Shown here in pieces: positions 39,622-52,800 of a stretch of DNA of 64,000 nt. The number at the start of each line of letters is the position of its first letter. The stretch's first letter is position 1. The translations under genes and the position numbers were made by a program. This DNA comes from Antedon mediterranea. Its lineage: Eukaryota > Animalia > Echinodermata. Below the pieces are notes generated by a model. That model worked only from the letters and a program-made list of their open reading frames with translations, was not told the origin of the DNA and did not search any database. The stretch covers positions 22,271,237-22,335,236 of the forward strand of contig NC_092672.1 in NCBI RefSeq assembly GCF_964355755.1, written 5' to 3'.

Positions 39622-40780
39622 ATAATAATAATAATAATTTATTTGGAAAACGCTTTTTGAACAGCGGCACACATAATAATGGTGCATCCTTAAAACAATT
39701 AAACATACAATATAAAAAATATGAGTATAAAAATAAAGATAAACTAGATTAAAACAGATAATACTCAGATAAAACGGAAGTTCGATAAAACCAAATTAAA
39801 AATAAACTGTAATACTAAAACCAATTAAATGCAACCCACATATATAAGCTTGGACACTAAATTAGCATATCAATTAGTATATGAACAAAGGAATATACAG
39901 TACTTAGAATCTATGTTAAGATATACACATTCTTGATACACAGTGTCTACCAGCAAAAATAATAAGGAACAATAGGAACCCAAATTAGGGACATCAATAA
40001 ACAGGAAAGCATAGATTAAATTATTTCAGCTGTGGTGAATTATTTGATGACTGTAAACAGAATTAAGATAACTAAACCAACTTACATACAATAAAAAAAT
40101 TTAAAAAAATCATTCGATAATGTTAGACTTTATACGTTGTCTAAAGGCCCATGCTTTCTTAAGATATGATTTGCAGAATTTATCAAGAATGTCATGGGCT
40201 TTGTTTACCATATTAATCGACATTGTTGGAATGAGAACAGAACAATCACCACCAAGTATAATCATTAAGATAACTTCTGAATTATTTAACTGGAGTGAAT
40301 TCCATAGATCTGAAAGACCAGAATCATTAAGGTTTTGTTCCAAGCATTCAAATTCTGAAATTCGCACTTCTTGTAGTACTTTACAATTTAACATAAAATG
40401 ATATAAATCTTCAGGTTCATCCTTACATAACATACAATTACCAGTATTATTCATATCCCATTTACTTAATCTACTTTCAAGTTGAAGAGTATTTGACCTT
40501 GCCTTAAATTTCAATTGAGCACCATGAAAATCAGTTTTAACAGTAAGATAATTTTCTAACTCAGGCATTTTTTTAAATTTAACATAAAGTGATAATGATG
40601 GTTTGGTACAGCTTTTATTAAACCAATCCAATTCATACATTTGACGATTAACACACTTAAAAGATTTAAACCATGCTGAATCTTTAGGTATGTTATTTGA
40701 AAATACATGATTAAATCCAGTATTATTCAGAATACTTTTAATTGAGTTTAACCATCGCCATTTTATATTAACATTATTAA
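39622..40780 (-). mobile_element. 5'-truncated non-LTR retrotransposon (LINE) 3' end
   Basis: ORF 40110-~40770 encodes a post-RT region with a CCHC-type zinc motif (CMLCKDEPEDLYHFMLNC) and KPSLSLYVKFK..ELENYL; followed by a 3' UTR and a (TAT)n tail at ~39622-39638. Confidence 0.8.
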
Positions 40781-41002
40781 TGTTAATATATAATAAAGTA
40801 TCTAATATATAATAAAGTAATATATAATAAAGATTTAATATATAATAAAAATATAAAATAAATAAAAATTTAATATATAATAAAGTATATAATAAAGTAT
40901 CTAATAAAAAAATAAAAAAAAACCGCTGTGTACCGCCCTCTCTGTTATGACTCGGTGACCTTAAAATAAACAACAGCTATTTAATTACACATGTTTTTTG
41001 CT

Positions 41003-44000
41003 ATGGTTTTTGCGATCAATCAATCAACAAGATATGTTTGTAGCTGTTACTACACCCATAACATATTTTTACCTAAGTTTAAACTGCATGTGACGTATAT
41101 AGATGATAAAATATTTGCTGATATTTGGAAACCGGTAAAACCTGTTGCTGCCAAATCTTCTTTGTACTAGGCCTAGCTAGGCCTAGACAGCAGAACCTGG
41201 TCTGGTCCTAGTTAAGTAGAACTAGTAGGCCTGTCTAAACTAACCCTACCCTAGACCTAGGCCTTTATTTTGGAAATTAGATTTTTTCCGCTGTAGCCAT
41301 ACTGAAAACTTTACATATATGAATTTATGATATAGGCCTTAGTCTAGGGTATGCAGTATTTTTATAATTTACATGCACAGGTCAAAATTAACAAATTATG
41401 CATTATGATGGTACAGTACGGTAGTACTGTAGTTTCCATAAGTGCTCCGTTTAAGCACTGAGTGAGTACATATGTTATGCGCGATTTGAACGATTTGCGC
41501 AATTTGAAATTGCGCAAAAAAAATCCTTGCGCAATTTGAATTGAAACATGTGTTTCAAATTGCGCAAGCAACGTATTAAATTGCGCAAGTAATCTGCAAA
41601 TTGCGCAAGGTTTTTCGACAGATTGTGAAATCATGCACACCCATATTTTTATAGTAATTTCTAAGAATGATTCAAAATTAAAGATAAATATCGCATTTCC
41701 TTAATTTAGTAGTGCAAATATTGTTATAAGTTAGCATACCGTCGAAGAACCGACGAAGGAAAACGAAGCGGTGGTGTTCCACCAGGCGGGCGCGGCGCGG
41801 GCGGCCGGCTATACTGCTCTAGCCTAGCTAGGGTTTGGACTACTGATACTGACTAGGTTACATGGCCTAGCTTAAACTAATATTAAAAACTTAAAAAGTG
41901 AGTATTAACATTATCTTCATTGAAATGGTCTTATTTACCCTATATAATAAAATACTAAATTTTAAACTCCTCTGCCTAGGCCTAGCCTAGCCATGTATGG
42001 GAAAATTTACAGTTCGTTTTCAAATTGCGCAAAGGTGTCATATTGCGCAAGAACTATCTTGCGCAATTTACAAATTGTGCAGCGCAATTTAAAATTGCGC
42101 AAAGATTTTCTTGCGCAATTTGAAATTGCGCAAGTTGATTGCGCAATTTGAAATTGCGCAAAAAAATCCTTGCGCAATTTTAAATTGCGCAAGAATTCTT
42201 TGCGCAATTTCAAATTGCGCAAGGATTTTTTTGCGCAATTTCAAATTGCGCAAATCGTTCAAATCGCGCATAACACATATATGGTATGTAATTTAAATGT
42301 GAATGGGAAATAGAGAGAAACAAGCTTCAAATTGGAGCTACTGTATAGTACATATAATATTAATAATAAAATGTGAATTGTTTGTGTATTATTTTGTAGA
42401 TTATTAAAAACAAAGGGTGTGACAATGAAGAAGGATTCACAGACGTTCTGAGAGTCGTAAGTAATTGATGTTTTAATTTATGTAATTATGTTAAGTTATC
42501 TGGCTGATAATGGTACAAGTAGCAAAATACAGTTCATGTGTGTGTTGTAGCAGAATACGGTACCTGTATAGCAGAATATGGTACATGTGTAGCAGAATAC
42601 GGTACATGTGTATCAGAATACGGTACCTGTGTAGCAGAATACGGTACCTGTGTAGCAGAATAGTGTACATGTGTAGCAGAATACGGTACATGTGTAGCAG
42701 AATACAGTACATGTGTAGCAGAATACGGTACCTGTGTATCAGAATACGGTACATGTGTAGCAGAATACGGTACCTGTGTATCAGAATACGGTACATGTGT
42801 AGCAGGATACGGTACCTGTCTAGCAGACAATTTTCCTTTTTTGTCAATAAACTCTTCTAGGAATAAAACAGAATTTGGCTCATGCAGACAATTTTCCTCA
42901 TAGTGGGACATTCAAATGCAAAACTATATTTTCTTTATTTTATTTCATACCATTAAACACATGTTATCTCACTAACAATTCATTTCAGGTTAAAACAGAA
43001 GTAGAACGTAGAAAATCACTTGGCCGAGATTATTTAAAGAGAAAAGAGACAATTTTAAAATATTACACACCACTCAATCAAGAGATATACAAACTACAGG
43101 TATGGAATTAAGTAGTAAAAAAATGAAATAAATATTTTACCTGTTAACTACACCCTGCTGATGGAATACAACTATGAATGCATGTCTGATTTTGTAAAGA
43201 CCAACTATTACAACAAATGTTTAGCTTGACTACTACAACTGACAAGGACAACTTCCCCTTTAGTTATATGTTTAGTTAAATATCTTGACTAAAAATATTT
43301 GAAATAGTTGGAAAGTTTTACTTCTTTATGGTATTATATTTTCTCGTTGAGATTGTTATAGATTTCATTTCTGAGCCTAAAATTTCTGAAGTTGGTTGAA
43401 CATAGCAAGCAGAAAAATGCATCAATGCAAAGTTTGATAAAACTCATGAGTACTGAAAAAGGTTTGTTGATAGTTGACCTATTGTAATCAAATTCTATAA
43501 AAAATTAGTAAAGGAGTCTAACTTAAATAACTGTACATTGTGAAGCTCATTCTGCCATGGAACAGTAATCGAAAAAGATAAAAATCAAAGCTATACACTA
43601 GTAGAGCAAGCTTTCCTATATGATTAAAACTATTTGACGAAAAGGCATATTTCAAACACATTAAAGGAAAAGTTAAGCACACAAAAAATGGCAAAATTAC
43701 ATGTTTTTGCATTGTTATTTTGTGAACAATGGATGTTCTATAACTCAAAATGGCATTCAAAAACTTGCATATTTACTGTAATTACGTTTTCAGTGTTCTC
43801 CCCAGGATTCAAATCAAGCGTCACGCTTGGGCCCCCCCCCCCCCCCCCCGAGGGGGGAGGGGCATTCCGACACTAAGTACTTGAGTCACAGCCCCACCAT
43901 GGTTGGGGCTGTGGCGAAGCGATTTTGGGTAATTTACACCCTAGATGGCCGGAAATGGTACTCTCGCACATAACATTTATGTTGAATGACACCTCTGGTT

Positions 44001-44438
44001 TGGCCGGAAATAACACTTATAGCGCGCTAGCAAACAACAAAACGATCGTAGCCAACTTTTTCCGCCGGTAAACATACGCGAAGAAACATTTTTTGCGTTC
44101 ATTACGAACGTCAGGGGGAAGCCCCAATGAAAAAAATAGGCCTAATCTATTAGCCTACTCATCAGTAGGACAACTCTAGTTGGCCGGAAATTACAAAACT
44201 CTTCAGTAAATATTGGAAAAGAGTAAATACGCTCTCCTACATAAAAAAAAAACAGTTAAATGTGAAACATAAAACTTTTATGTTTCACATTTAACTGTTT
44301 TTTTTTTATGTAGGAGAGCGTATTTACTCTTTTCCAATATTTACTGAAGAGTTTTGTAATTCATTTAAAGAAGAAATAGAACATTTTGAAAACACAGATT
44401 TACCAAAAGGAAGACCAAATACAATGAACAATTATGGT
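41003..44438 (+). CDS. OGFOD2: 2-oxoglutarate/Fe(II)-dependent oxygenase domain-containing protein 2, exons 1-5 only (catalytic half not found)
   Basis: Phase-consistent exons 41003-41134 (MVFAINQSTRYVCSCYYTHNIFLPKFKLHVTY; in-frame ATG also at 40991), 42400-42456, 42989-43099 (EVERRKSLG), 43362-43461, 44314-44438 (ERIYSFPIFTEEFC..EEIEHFENTDLPKGRPNTMNNYG), matching the OGFOD2 N-terminal region as recalled. Confidence 0.85.
41471..42278. mobile_element. MITE with ~70-bp TIRs rich in the TTGCGCAA palindrome, OGFOD2 intron 1
   Basis: TGTTATGCGCGATTTGAACGATTTGCGCAATTTGAAATTGCGCAAAAAAAATCCTTGCGCAATTTGAA is mirrored at ~42209-42275; many TTGCGCAA copies in both arms. Confidence 0.8.
42545..42825. 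repeat. Minisatellite, 21-bp unit
   Basis: TGTAGCAGAATACGGTAC(A/C)TG repeated; explains ORFs 42491-42911. Confidence 0.93.
44189..44361. repeat. Perfect inverted repeat, 86-bp arms with 1-nt centre, overlapping the OGFOD2 exon-5 acceptor
   Basis: 44189-44274 is the reverse complement of 44276-44361. Confidence 0.93.
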
Positions 44439-45077
44439 GTAAGTGTGGCTACCGTAAATGCCCTGCTTTGCATAAACTAATCAAAAACCCCACCTCAAAT
44501 ATTAACTCCCCTACCCCATTAACATCATTTGGTATAAATGCCCCTCATAAACATTAGTAGGGTAGGAAGGAGGGGTTACCGTGCACCCCCATGATGTATT
44601 TTTTTAATGTACATTTTTGTAATCCTGAATATATATAATTAACATTTTTTGATGTTCCCAAGACAAAATATTGTCCCATGGGGTCTTTTGGGGGCCATTT
44701 TGGTGGCCATCTTGGATTTATCAAAATCATAAATATAGACGGTACTTGACAAAGGCTGATCATAGAGGTCTGATTTTGGTCTTAAATTGTTCAGAATATG
44801 CACATTTCTATGTACTATAATGAAAAGTTTTCGTTCAAAATGGCCGTAAATGCCACTTTTGACCTTTGACCTTGTTTTTACATAAGGGTCATATCTTGGT
44901 AACCCCTGGTCATAAAGATTTTATTTTTATCTTAAATTGTTCAGAATATCCATATTTATATTAGCTTTAATGGAACATATTTTTGAAATTTGACAGGAAA
45001 TATCATTTTTGACCTTTGACATTATTGCATAACGATTTTTGCAATAATTTAGACTATTTTTGTATTTTGTGACAATT

Positions 45078-46025
45078 GTAACAAAAGGTGTGTACACACT
45101 ATAACAAAAGGTGTGTACACACTATAACAAAAGGTATGTACACACTATAACAAAAGGTATGTACACACTATAACAAAAGGTGTGTACACACTATAACAAA
45201 AGGTGTGTACACACTATAACAAAAGGTGTGTACACACTATAACAAAAGGTATGTACACACTATAACAAAAGGTGTGTACACACTATAACAAACGGTGTGT
45301 ACACACTATAACAAAAGGTGTGTACACACTATAACAAAAGGTGTGTACACACTATAACAAAAGGTGTGTACACACTATAACAAAAGGTGTGTACACACTA
45401 TAACAAAAGGTGTGTACACACTATAACAAAAGGTGTGTACACACTATAACAAAAGGTGTGTACACACTATAACAAAAGGTGTGTACACACTATAACAAAA
45501 GGTGTGTACACACTATAACAAAAGGTGTGTACACACTATAACAAAAGGTGTGTACACACTATAACAAAAGGTGTGTACACACTATAACAAAGGTGTGTAC
45601 ACACTATAACAAAAGGTGTGTACACACTATAACAAAAGGTGTGTACACACTATAACAAAAGGTGTGTACACACTATAACAAAAGGTGTGTACACACTATA
45701 ACAAAAGGTGTGTACACACTATAACAAAAGGTGTGTACACACTATAACAAAGGTGTGTACACACTATAACAAAAGGTGTGTACACACTATAACAAAAGGT
45801 GTGTACACACTATAACAAAAGGTGTGTACACACTATAACAAAAGGTGTGTACACACTATAACAAAAGGTGTGTACACACTATAACAAAAGGTGTGTACAC
45901 ACTATAACAAAGGTGTGTACACACTATAACAAAAGGTGTGTACACACTATAACAAAAGGTGTGTACACACTATAACAAAAGGTGTGTACACACTATAACA
46001 AAAGGTGTGTACACACTATAACAAA
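45078..46025. repeat. Minisatellite, 23-bp unit containing the palindrome GTGTGTACACAC, ~41 copies
   Basis: TATAACAAAAGGTGTGTACACAC repeated. Confidence 0.97.
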
Positions 46026-46811
46026 ATGGCATGTTTTTTTGTTTAGTAATGTATGAAATATTTATTTTAGATGCCCCACGGTACAGAGGGTTACTTGTAA
46101 ATTTAAAAATTGGTGAACATATGAAAAATTGACATAATTCGTTTTTGCTTTAGCGTACATTCTAGACTCCCCGACGAGGGGGTTAGATTGTAGTAATATA
46201 AAGCAAAAAAATAGTAAAATTGGCTGCTAGTCAGTGGGTTTTTGCTTGAATGTAACCATTTATTTTGTCATTTTATAAGTGACCAATTTATTTATTTTTT
46301 CATTTTTTTTTTCATCTTTCATGTTTTTTTGTGGGACAATACATCTTTAATGAAATTGTTGTTAATATAAAAGTTGCTTTCAAAAGACATCAGACCTCCC
46401 AACTCTCTCCCTAAAATACAATTTATTTTGGATTAACCAACAAAATATCCAAAGTTGTTAAAAAAAATGTTACTACTCTAGAAATAAACTGAACGTAAGA
46501 TATTCATGGATTGTTTAATAAGTGAAGTAATAAGTTTGCCATGTTTACTATTATAAATAATAAGTGTTCTTGGATTGGATGTATTTTTTTTGTAAGTAAA
46601 TATTATAGCACCCCTCTATAGTGTGGACATGCTTTTATAAAATCTTCCAATATTTCTAAGTTGGGAAGTCCAAAACCTCCGTATAATGGTTATCTTCTAA
46701 ATTATATTAATAATTAGAGCATAGCATTTCATATTTGTATAGAAGCCTTTACCAGTGACATTGCTTTAAATCTTGATTACTTTACAGATTCACATTTTTA
46801 TTTCTTGCCAG

Positions 46812-49800
46812 GAAAAGTCACGCCCAAGTAAGAGAGACAGAAAGTACAAAGGAATAACATTTCCTGGTATAAATTGGGGGAAAAAAATTTTTCGTCAAAA
46901 GGGAAGTTTTTCTCTAATCAGTTTATTGAGTTTGGTGATTTACGAATTGATTTAGAAATAATTATTCATGTACCACAAACAGCAAAACCACCACAAATAG
47001 TGGTAAGTTCATTTTATTTTTCTAACAGCTATACAATGTCAAGTTAACTCAGTTCATCTAATAGATAAATTATGATTTTCTTATACTTTATTTTGTATTT
47101 AATCAAATTTTAGAGGTGAATACTGAAACACCTGCAAAAGCTAAAGATGTGAGTACTACAATATAGCATTTGTTGACTGTTCTATTTAACTCAACTCTAC
47201 ATCCTCAAAAAGAATAATCCATCTTTCTTTCAACTCACAAATTCATTACTTGTATACTGTTTAAAATGAGGAATTAAATCTATTATACTTTTAACATTAT
47301 AGCCCTGGCGAAAGAACAGTGTTTAACTTTTCCTTATTCTATTAAGATCCAGCCAATGATAACCATTGACAGTAATTTGCCTTCGAATTTATATACTTAC
47401 TTTTAACATGGTATATAACATTACACTGATATGAATGGTTCAGAAAGTAAAACATTTACCTCTATGTTATTTATATAATATTTGTTATTTTTATTTCTTG
47501 TGCATCAGGTTAGCAAGAAATCAACTGCAGAAGGTAAGTGTGTAATTAACTTAAATTCTTAATACGTTAATTGTGCAAGTATAAAATAATGGAACATGCT
47601 GAGTGAATAATAATAGAATTAGTGAATGATAAAAATGATGATTCACAAATAATAATAATAAAGTTGATAAAATTAACAGTGAAAGTGTTTACTACAATGA
47701 ATCAAGATAGCCTTTCTACCCAAAGAAGAGCCATTTAATAACTTTTTACATCTTTTCTTGTTATTTTAGGTTTAATTAGTTTTATCTTTTAAACATTTTA
47801 ATTGTAGAAAAAGTGATTTACTGAAATATTGTTGCTACAGTATATAAGTGCATTATAAATTTATTTTTTATCTTATATAAATATCATGTGTAATATTTTA
47901 CTGAAATGAGAAAGAGGTAGATCACTATTCAAATTGTCATTTAAGTGCAATAATGTTAAAAACAAAAACCAAAAATTAGGGTGAGACCACGAAACACAAC
48001 CAAAAAAAATGAACGTAAAGATATAATGATAAAGATAATGACAACAGAAAATTACCACAGAGAAGATGTCATTGATAATAGTAACATTTAGACAAATTAT
48101 AATAGTTGTAGAGATGATAATGATGATATATTCAATGTCTATTATCTTTTTACATATATTTAGTCTATTTGATTTGTAAACAATATTTTTTACACATTTT
48201 TCCCGTTGATTAATAAAGGAACTGAAGATGCATCATTGAATGTTCAACAATCGTTGGATAAATATATTATTCAGGAAATTTTTTCAAAACAAGATGTAAA
48301 ACAGTCTCCTTTGGAAACTTTTAACATTTGGGATCACGGGGGACAGTTAATCTATCAAGGAATACATCAGGTAAGTTTTGGACATTTTGTATGTTTGTAT
48401 GGTCTATTGTTTGTGTATTAACAGTTTTAATGCCTAATTATGGCAGTATCTTATCTGTATCACATGGATAGGATTCTGCTGTGTGTAGATAGGTGGGAAC
48501 ATGCCCACTGTAAAGATTGTTGTTTAGGCCTTCCACCTATCTTAATGTTAACAGATTACCCAACAAACCTCTGTGTATCTCTTCACACACCCAATCTATA
48601 AGTTTTGCAAGCTATCCATAGACTTCTCTCACTACATGTGAAGTGAATTTGAAGAGCTTTTTCTCTATTTAGCACTCTTAACTATTTCTAAAGTTTACTT
48701 TTCTTTATTCTAATATATTTGTATTCTATTCACATTATTTCTATATTGCTGTTTTAAGAGATAAGTATTTCTTTGATGATATGCGGTCTATATGTTCTGC
48801 ATATATTTATTGATTTTAGAAAACACTGCATTCTATTACATCAGTAGGCTTTAATATCCTTGTCAAATAGTTTATAAATTATTGTTTTTATTTTGTATGC
48901 AGATCTTTGTGACATCAGAGGCAGTTTATGTTGCTGTCTTTGATTTGAGTAAAGACCTCGATGATCCTGCAATAGTAATAGATCCCAATGGGGTAAGTAT
49001 TTCAGGGGTATTAGATTAGATTAGATGTTGTTGACAATCTCATTCATTGGTTAAAAGTAAAATGCTTGCATTGCATTGCAATGTAGCTGTGTCAAAGAAT
49101 GTCATACTTACTTTTATATATATAGACTAGTGCTGTTCCACCGTACCACGCCGAGAATGTTAAAGAGTCACTATCCAATCGAGTTTGAACAATACCATGA
49201 ATGGTTAGGACATCTGCATATCAGGCAGAAGGTTCCGGGTCGACTTTTTTCTCATTCTCACAGATTTCCTCATCTTATCATTTCAAATTAATTAATTCAA
49301 TTTCAGTATATCACCGGGTGGTTTAGAATTTATTCTGTGCCTGTAATGTTTATATATATGTATATAATAACCTAAAGTTGAAATTATACTATTTTTGTTT
49401 GCTGCTAAAATAATATACAATTTCTTATAGATTTTTATAGAAAATTATTATTTAAATTTAATAAATTATTTTTTACAGCAAGAACGTGAACATCATTGGA
49501 CAAATCGTCAGTTTTTACTGTCTTCGATCCTGTCAGTTTATTCCCATAGTCGTATATTGGGAGAGAATAATGAGAAGGAAGTAAATTTACCTGCTATCCT
49601 TGTTGTTGGCACACACAAGGCAAGTCTGGGAGAAACAGAAGAAGAACAAAATAAAGAGGTTAGTAATAATCTATAATAGGTTTGTGTTTACAGTTAATAC
49701 AAAGCTTAAAATATTTGTCTTGGGCACATGTACCACAGTGGGTATAGTACATTGAAACTGTAGGACTAATAATCAATCAATTTACACAGTTTTAAATCCA

Positions 49801-52800
49801 CCAAATGTAATTTAGCTTTTTGTGCAAATTAAGTTGACATGAAATAAAACAAGTGATTGTCAAATTTGAAATATATAAAGAATATACTTGATGAAAATGA
49901 AACATAGAAGAGGACATTTGGACTTTATTAATATTACTACATGTTAGCATTTTAAGGTTTTAAAATAAACTTTTGGAAAGAAAAATTAACAATTCTTTTT
50001 GTATGTTTAAATACGGTGCTGTTTTTATTGTCTTTTGTTTGTATATTATGTAGTGTTGTTTAATTTTTGTTTAATCTAGGCCGAGGTGGTTTTACAGAAA
50101 GTTAAAGATTCCCTGAAAGGAAAACCATATGAAAAACATGTACTTGGATACTATGCTGTTGAAAACAGTAGAGAGACTACAGACAAGAGCTTTAGTGCTC
50201 TGAAAGAAGTAATTCAAGATCTTATGAACCATTTAAAACGGTCTATTCCATTAAAGTGGATGCGTTTTAGATGTGAAATGTATAATCTGAGGAAGGACAA
50301 ATTGATATGTTCTGCAGAAGAGGTATTTTATTATAATTTTTTTTTTTAGGGATAGCAAAACTTGTTCAATAATAAATATTGTGAAGGCTTTTCTTTAACA
50401 ACACATTCAAGACTGTCTGCTCTTGAAAACAAATCACCAGATTATATTATACTTGTAATTGGTGATGTTAATAAATGCCACCTTAACTATCCGGGCTATG
50501 TTCAATACATTAATAAACCAACTAACTCCCGTACCACTTTAGGTGCCTCGAATCATAACACAATATGTATGTTGCCAAAATACAGGCAATACTTTAATAA
50601 TAAATTTAAGCCTGCTACAATTAAATACCGCTCCTGGACAAGAGATGCAATGGTCAGTGTACTATGACAACACTGACATAAATGCTAGTGTGACTGTCAT
50701 CAATGAATACATCAAGCAATGCCTCAACAATGTGATCCCAATTAAACATAAGAAGTCATACTTACACAACAAACCTTGGATGTCTAAAAATATTGCAACA
50801 TACAAAAAACAGCGTGCCTTTGCTAATAACGTCTACAGTCTCGTGAAACAAAAAGAAATTGGAAATTCAAATACTCTCTGAAAACTATATTCATTTACTG
50901 TCATTATATGCATGAATAGAGTAAGGGATGAATAGCATTAAATAACAATTGTATTCATTTCATACTTGGCACTTGTCTGACAAACTTAGTATGCAGAGGG
51001 TGAACATGTTTAAAACAGAATTGATTTTGATACACTGTCAATAGTCATTTGGAAATGCTTTTAGAAATTTGCTTCTCACTTCAAGGTAAGTATGGCAGGC
51101 ACAATAGAATACCATTCACAAACATATCCGAATACAAAATTCGAGCCAGATGTGGCTTGTGGTAAGGTATTGTATTTGACCTTGAGTGCACATCATTATT
51201 GTGTGGGTTACAAAAGCTTGTATATTTATTAAAATTTTAAACACATGCATTTTTGTTGATTTTAGGTTAAAGAAATGGCCAGACAAAACGGAATTGATGA
51301 TGAAAGCCAACAGTTAATTATGCTTAATTTTCTGTACGACCTTGGTGACATAATCTACTTGCCTGATAATGAATTATTACGGAATCAATTGGTGTTGGAC
51401 CCAATGAGTCTTGTTCAGTTTGTTACAGCATTTGTGACAGTGGTTACGCCTGATGAGTTTAAAGTAAGTGGGCTTATGTTGTGAACAAAACACTCATTCG
51501 TTCAGAAGTTGACAGATAAAAAAATGCTAGATTGGTGAAACTTTTAATTAGTCTTAAACTTTCTCTAATTTATCTGTAAACCCCAACACAATCAAGTTTG
51601 TTTCATTTGACACAAATGTTCCAATTGTGGTAAAACATGTGATGAATCTATATATAGGAATACTTTTAGAATGTGGTACGCAATGTCGATACTGAAACAT
51701 ACCCACACACAATAATATTATGCTGCTTTGCAGCAGGCTATCTCCATCTACAATAATTGTTTTGTGTATGATATAATTGTGAAGGTCCACCCAAATTCAT
51801 CAAAGGTGTCAAAACAAAATTGGCTTTGTTTAAATTTGTTTCAATATTTGGACAATTTTTTACTACATACATGACCACCATCATATCTGCAGGTATAGCC
51901 CTCCAGTACACATATACAATAGCTTTGTCTACATTTGTTTTATGCCAAAGCTTCATTACAGTATTTAAGAACCATTTGAGGGCACTTCCTAGATACAGGA
52001 TACGAAAAGCAAGCATACCCTCTAGTTAAATTAATTATATTGGTTCTCATAAAAATTCTCTTCTTTCTCTTAACATTCCTTCACTACTGGTTCATGGACA
52101 CAAAAGTACATTTTGATTGTTTTGTTATTTTAGACACCTCAGTACCGTGAAGCCTTTAGAAACCTTGACAAAGGCATACTGGATGAGATGTTGTTAAAGA
52201 AATTGTGGGAGAAAAAGGGTATTGATAGTGAGAAATTTCAATACCTTGTTGACCTGATGATTCGATTTGGTTTCATTTGTGAGAGAACAACTTCCATCAG
52301 CCAAGCCAACACAGCAAGTACATCTACAGTAGGTTTTTTTCTTAGCTTTTTTACACAAATTTATTTTACGACCAATATTTTATATGGTTTTTTTTTAAGA
52401 ACAACCCTGTTGATGACATACCCTTACTTCTGAGAGGTAGTTTAAATGGGATATAAAGGAATTTTTGTAATTGATGAAAGCTGCTTACGTTTTGCCCCAA
52501 TAACGCAGTTAGGCCGTCTCAGTCTTCAACCTTCCTTGCTACTGGCCTGATTTTAACAAGACTTAGTATTAAAGATGTTAGATACATTTCTTTAAGCACT
52601 ATTATTTTACTGTACTTGTTTAAAGTTTGATCAAAGCAGATTAAATTTTATTGCATTTTTACACATTTTGACATTAATTATTTCAGAAATCAGTTGTCAA
52701 GCGATCATTTTTTGTACCACTACGACTTGCTTTTGAGACGTCACCATCCAGTGAAGTGAAGTCTGTGCATGATGGGCACTATTCTATCAGTATCTATTAC

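Noticed and set aside
40780-40973. N-terminal part of the 287-aa ORF as a real protein start
   Set aside because: AT-rich low-complexity sequence at the LINE truncation point that is open by chance.
42007-42911. Repetitive ORFs (LRNLKLRK, SRIRYMC, HVPYSAT)
   Set aside because: Products of the TTGCGCAA MITE and the 21-bp minisatellite within OGFOD2 introns.
51554-52029. Overlapping intronic ORFs, checked as possible missing OGFOD2 exons
   Set aside because: No recognisable OGFOD2 or other motif and no consistent splice frame; possibly a decayed insertion that I cannot identify.
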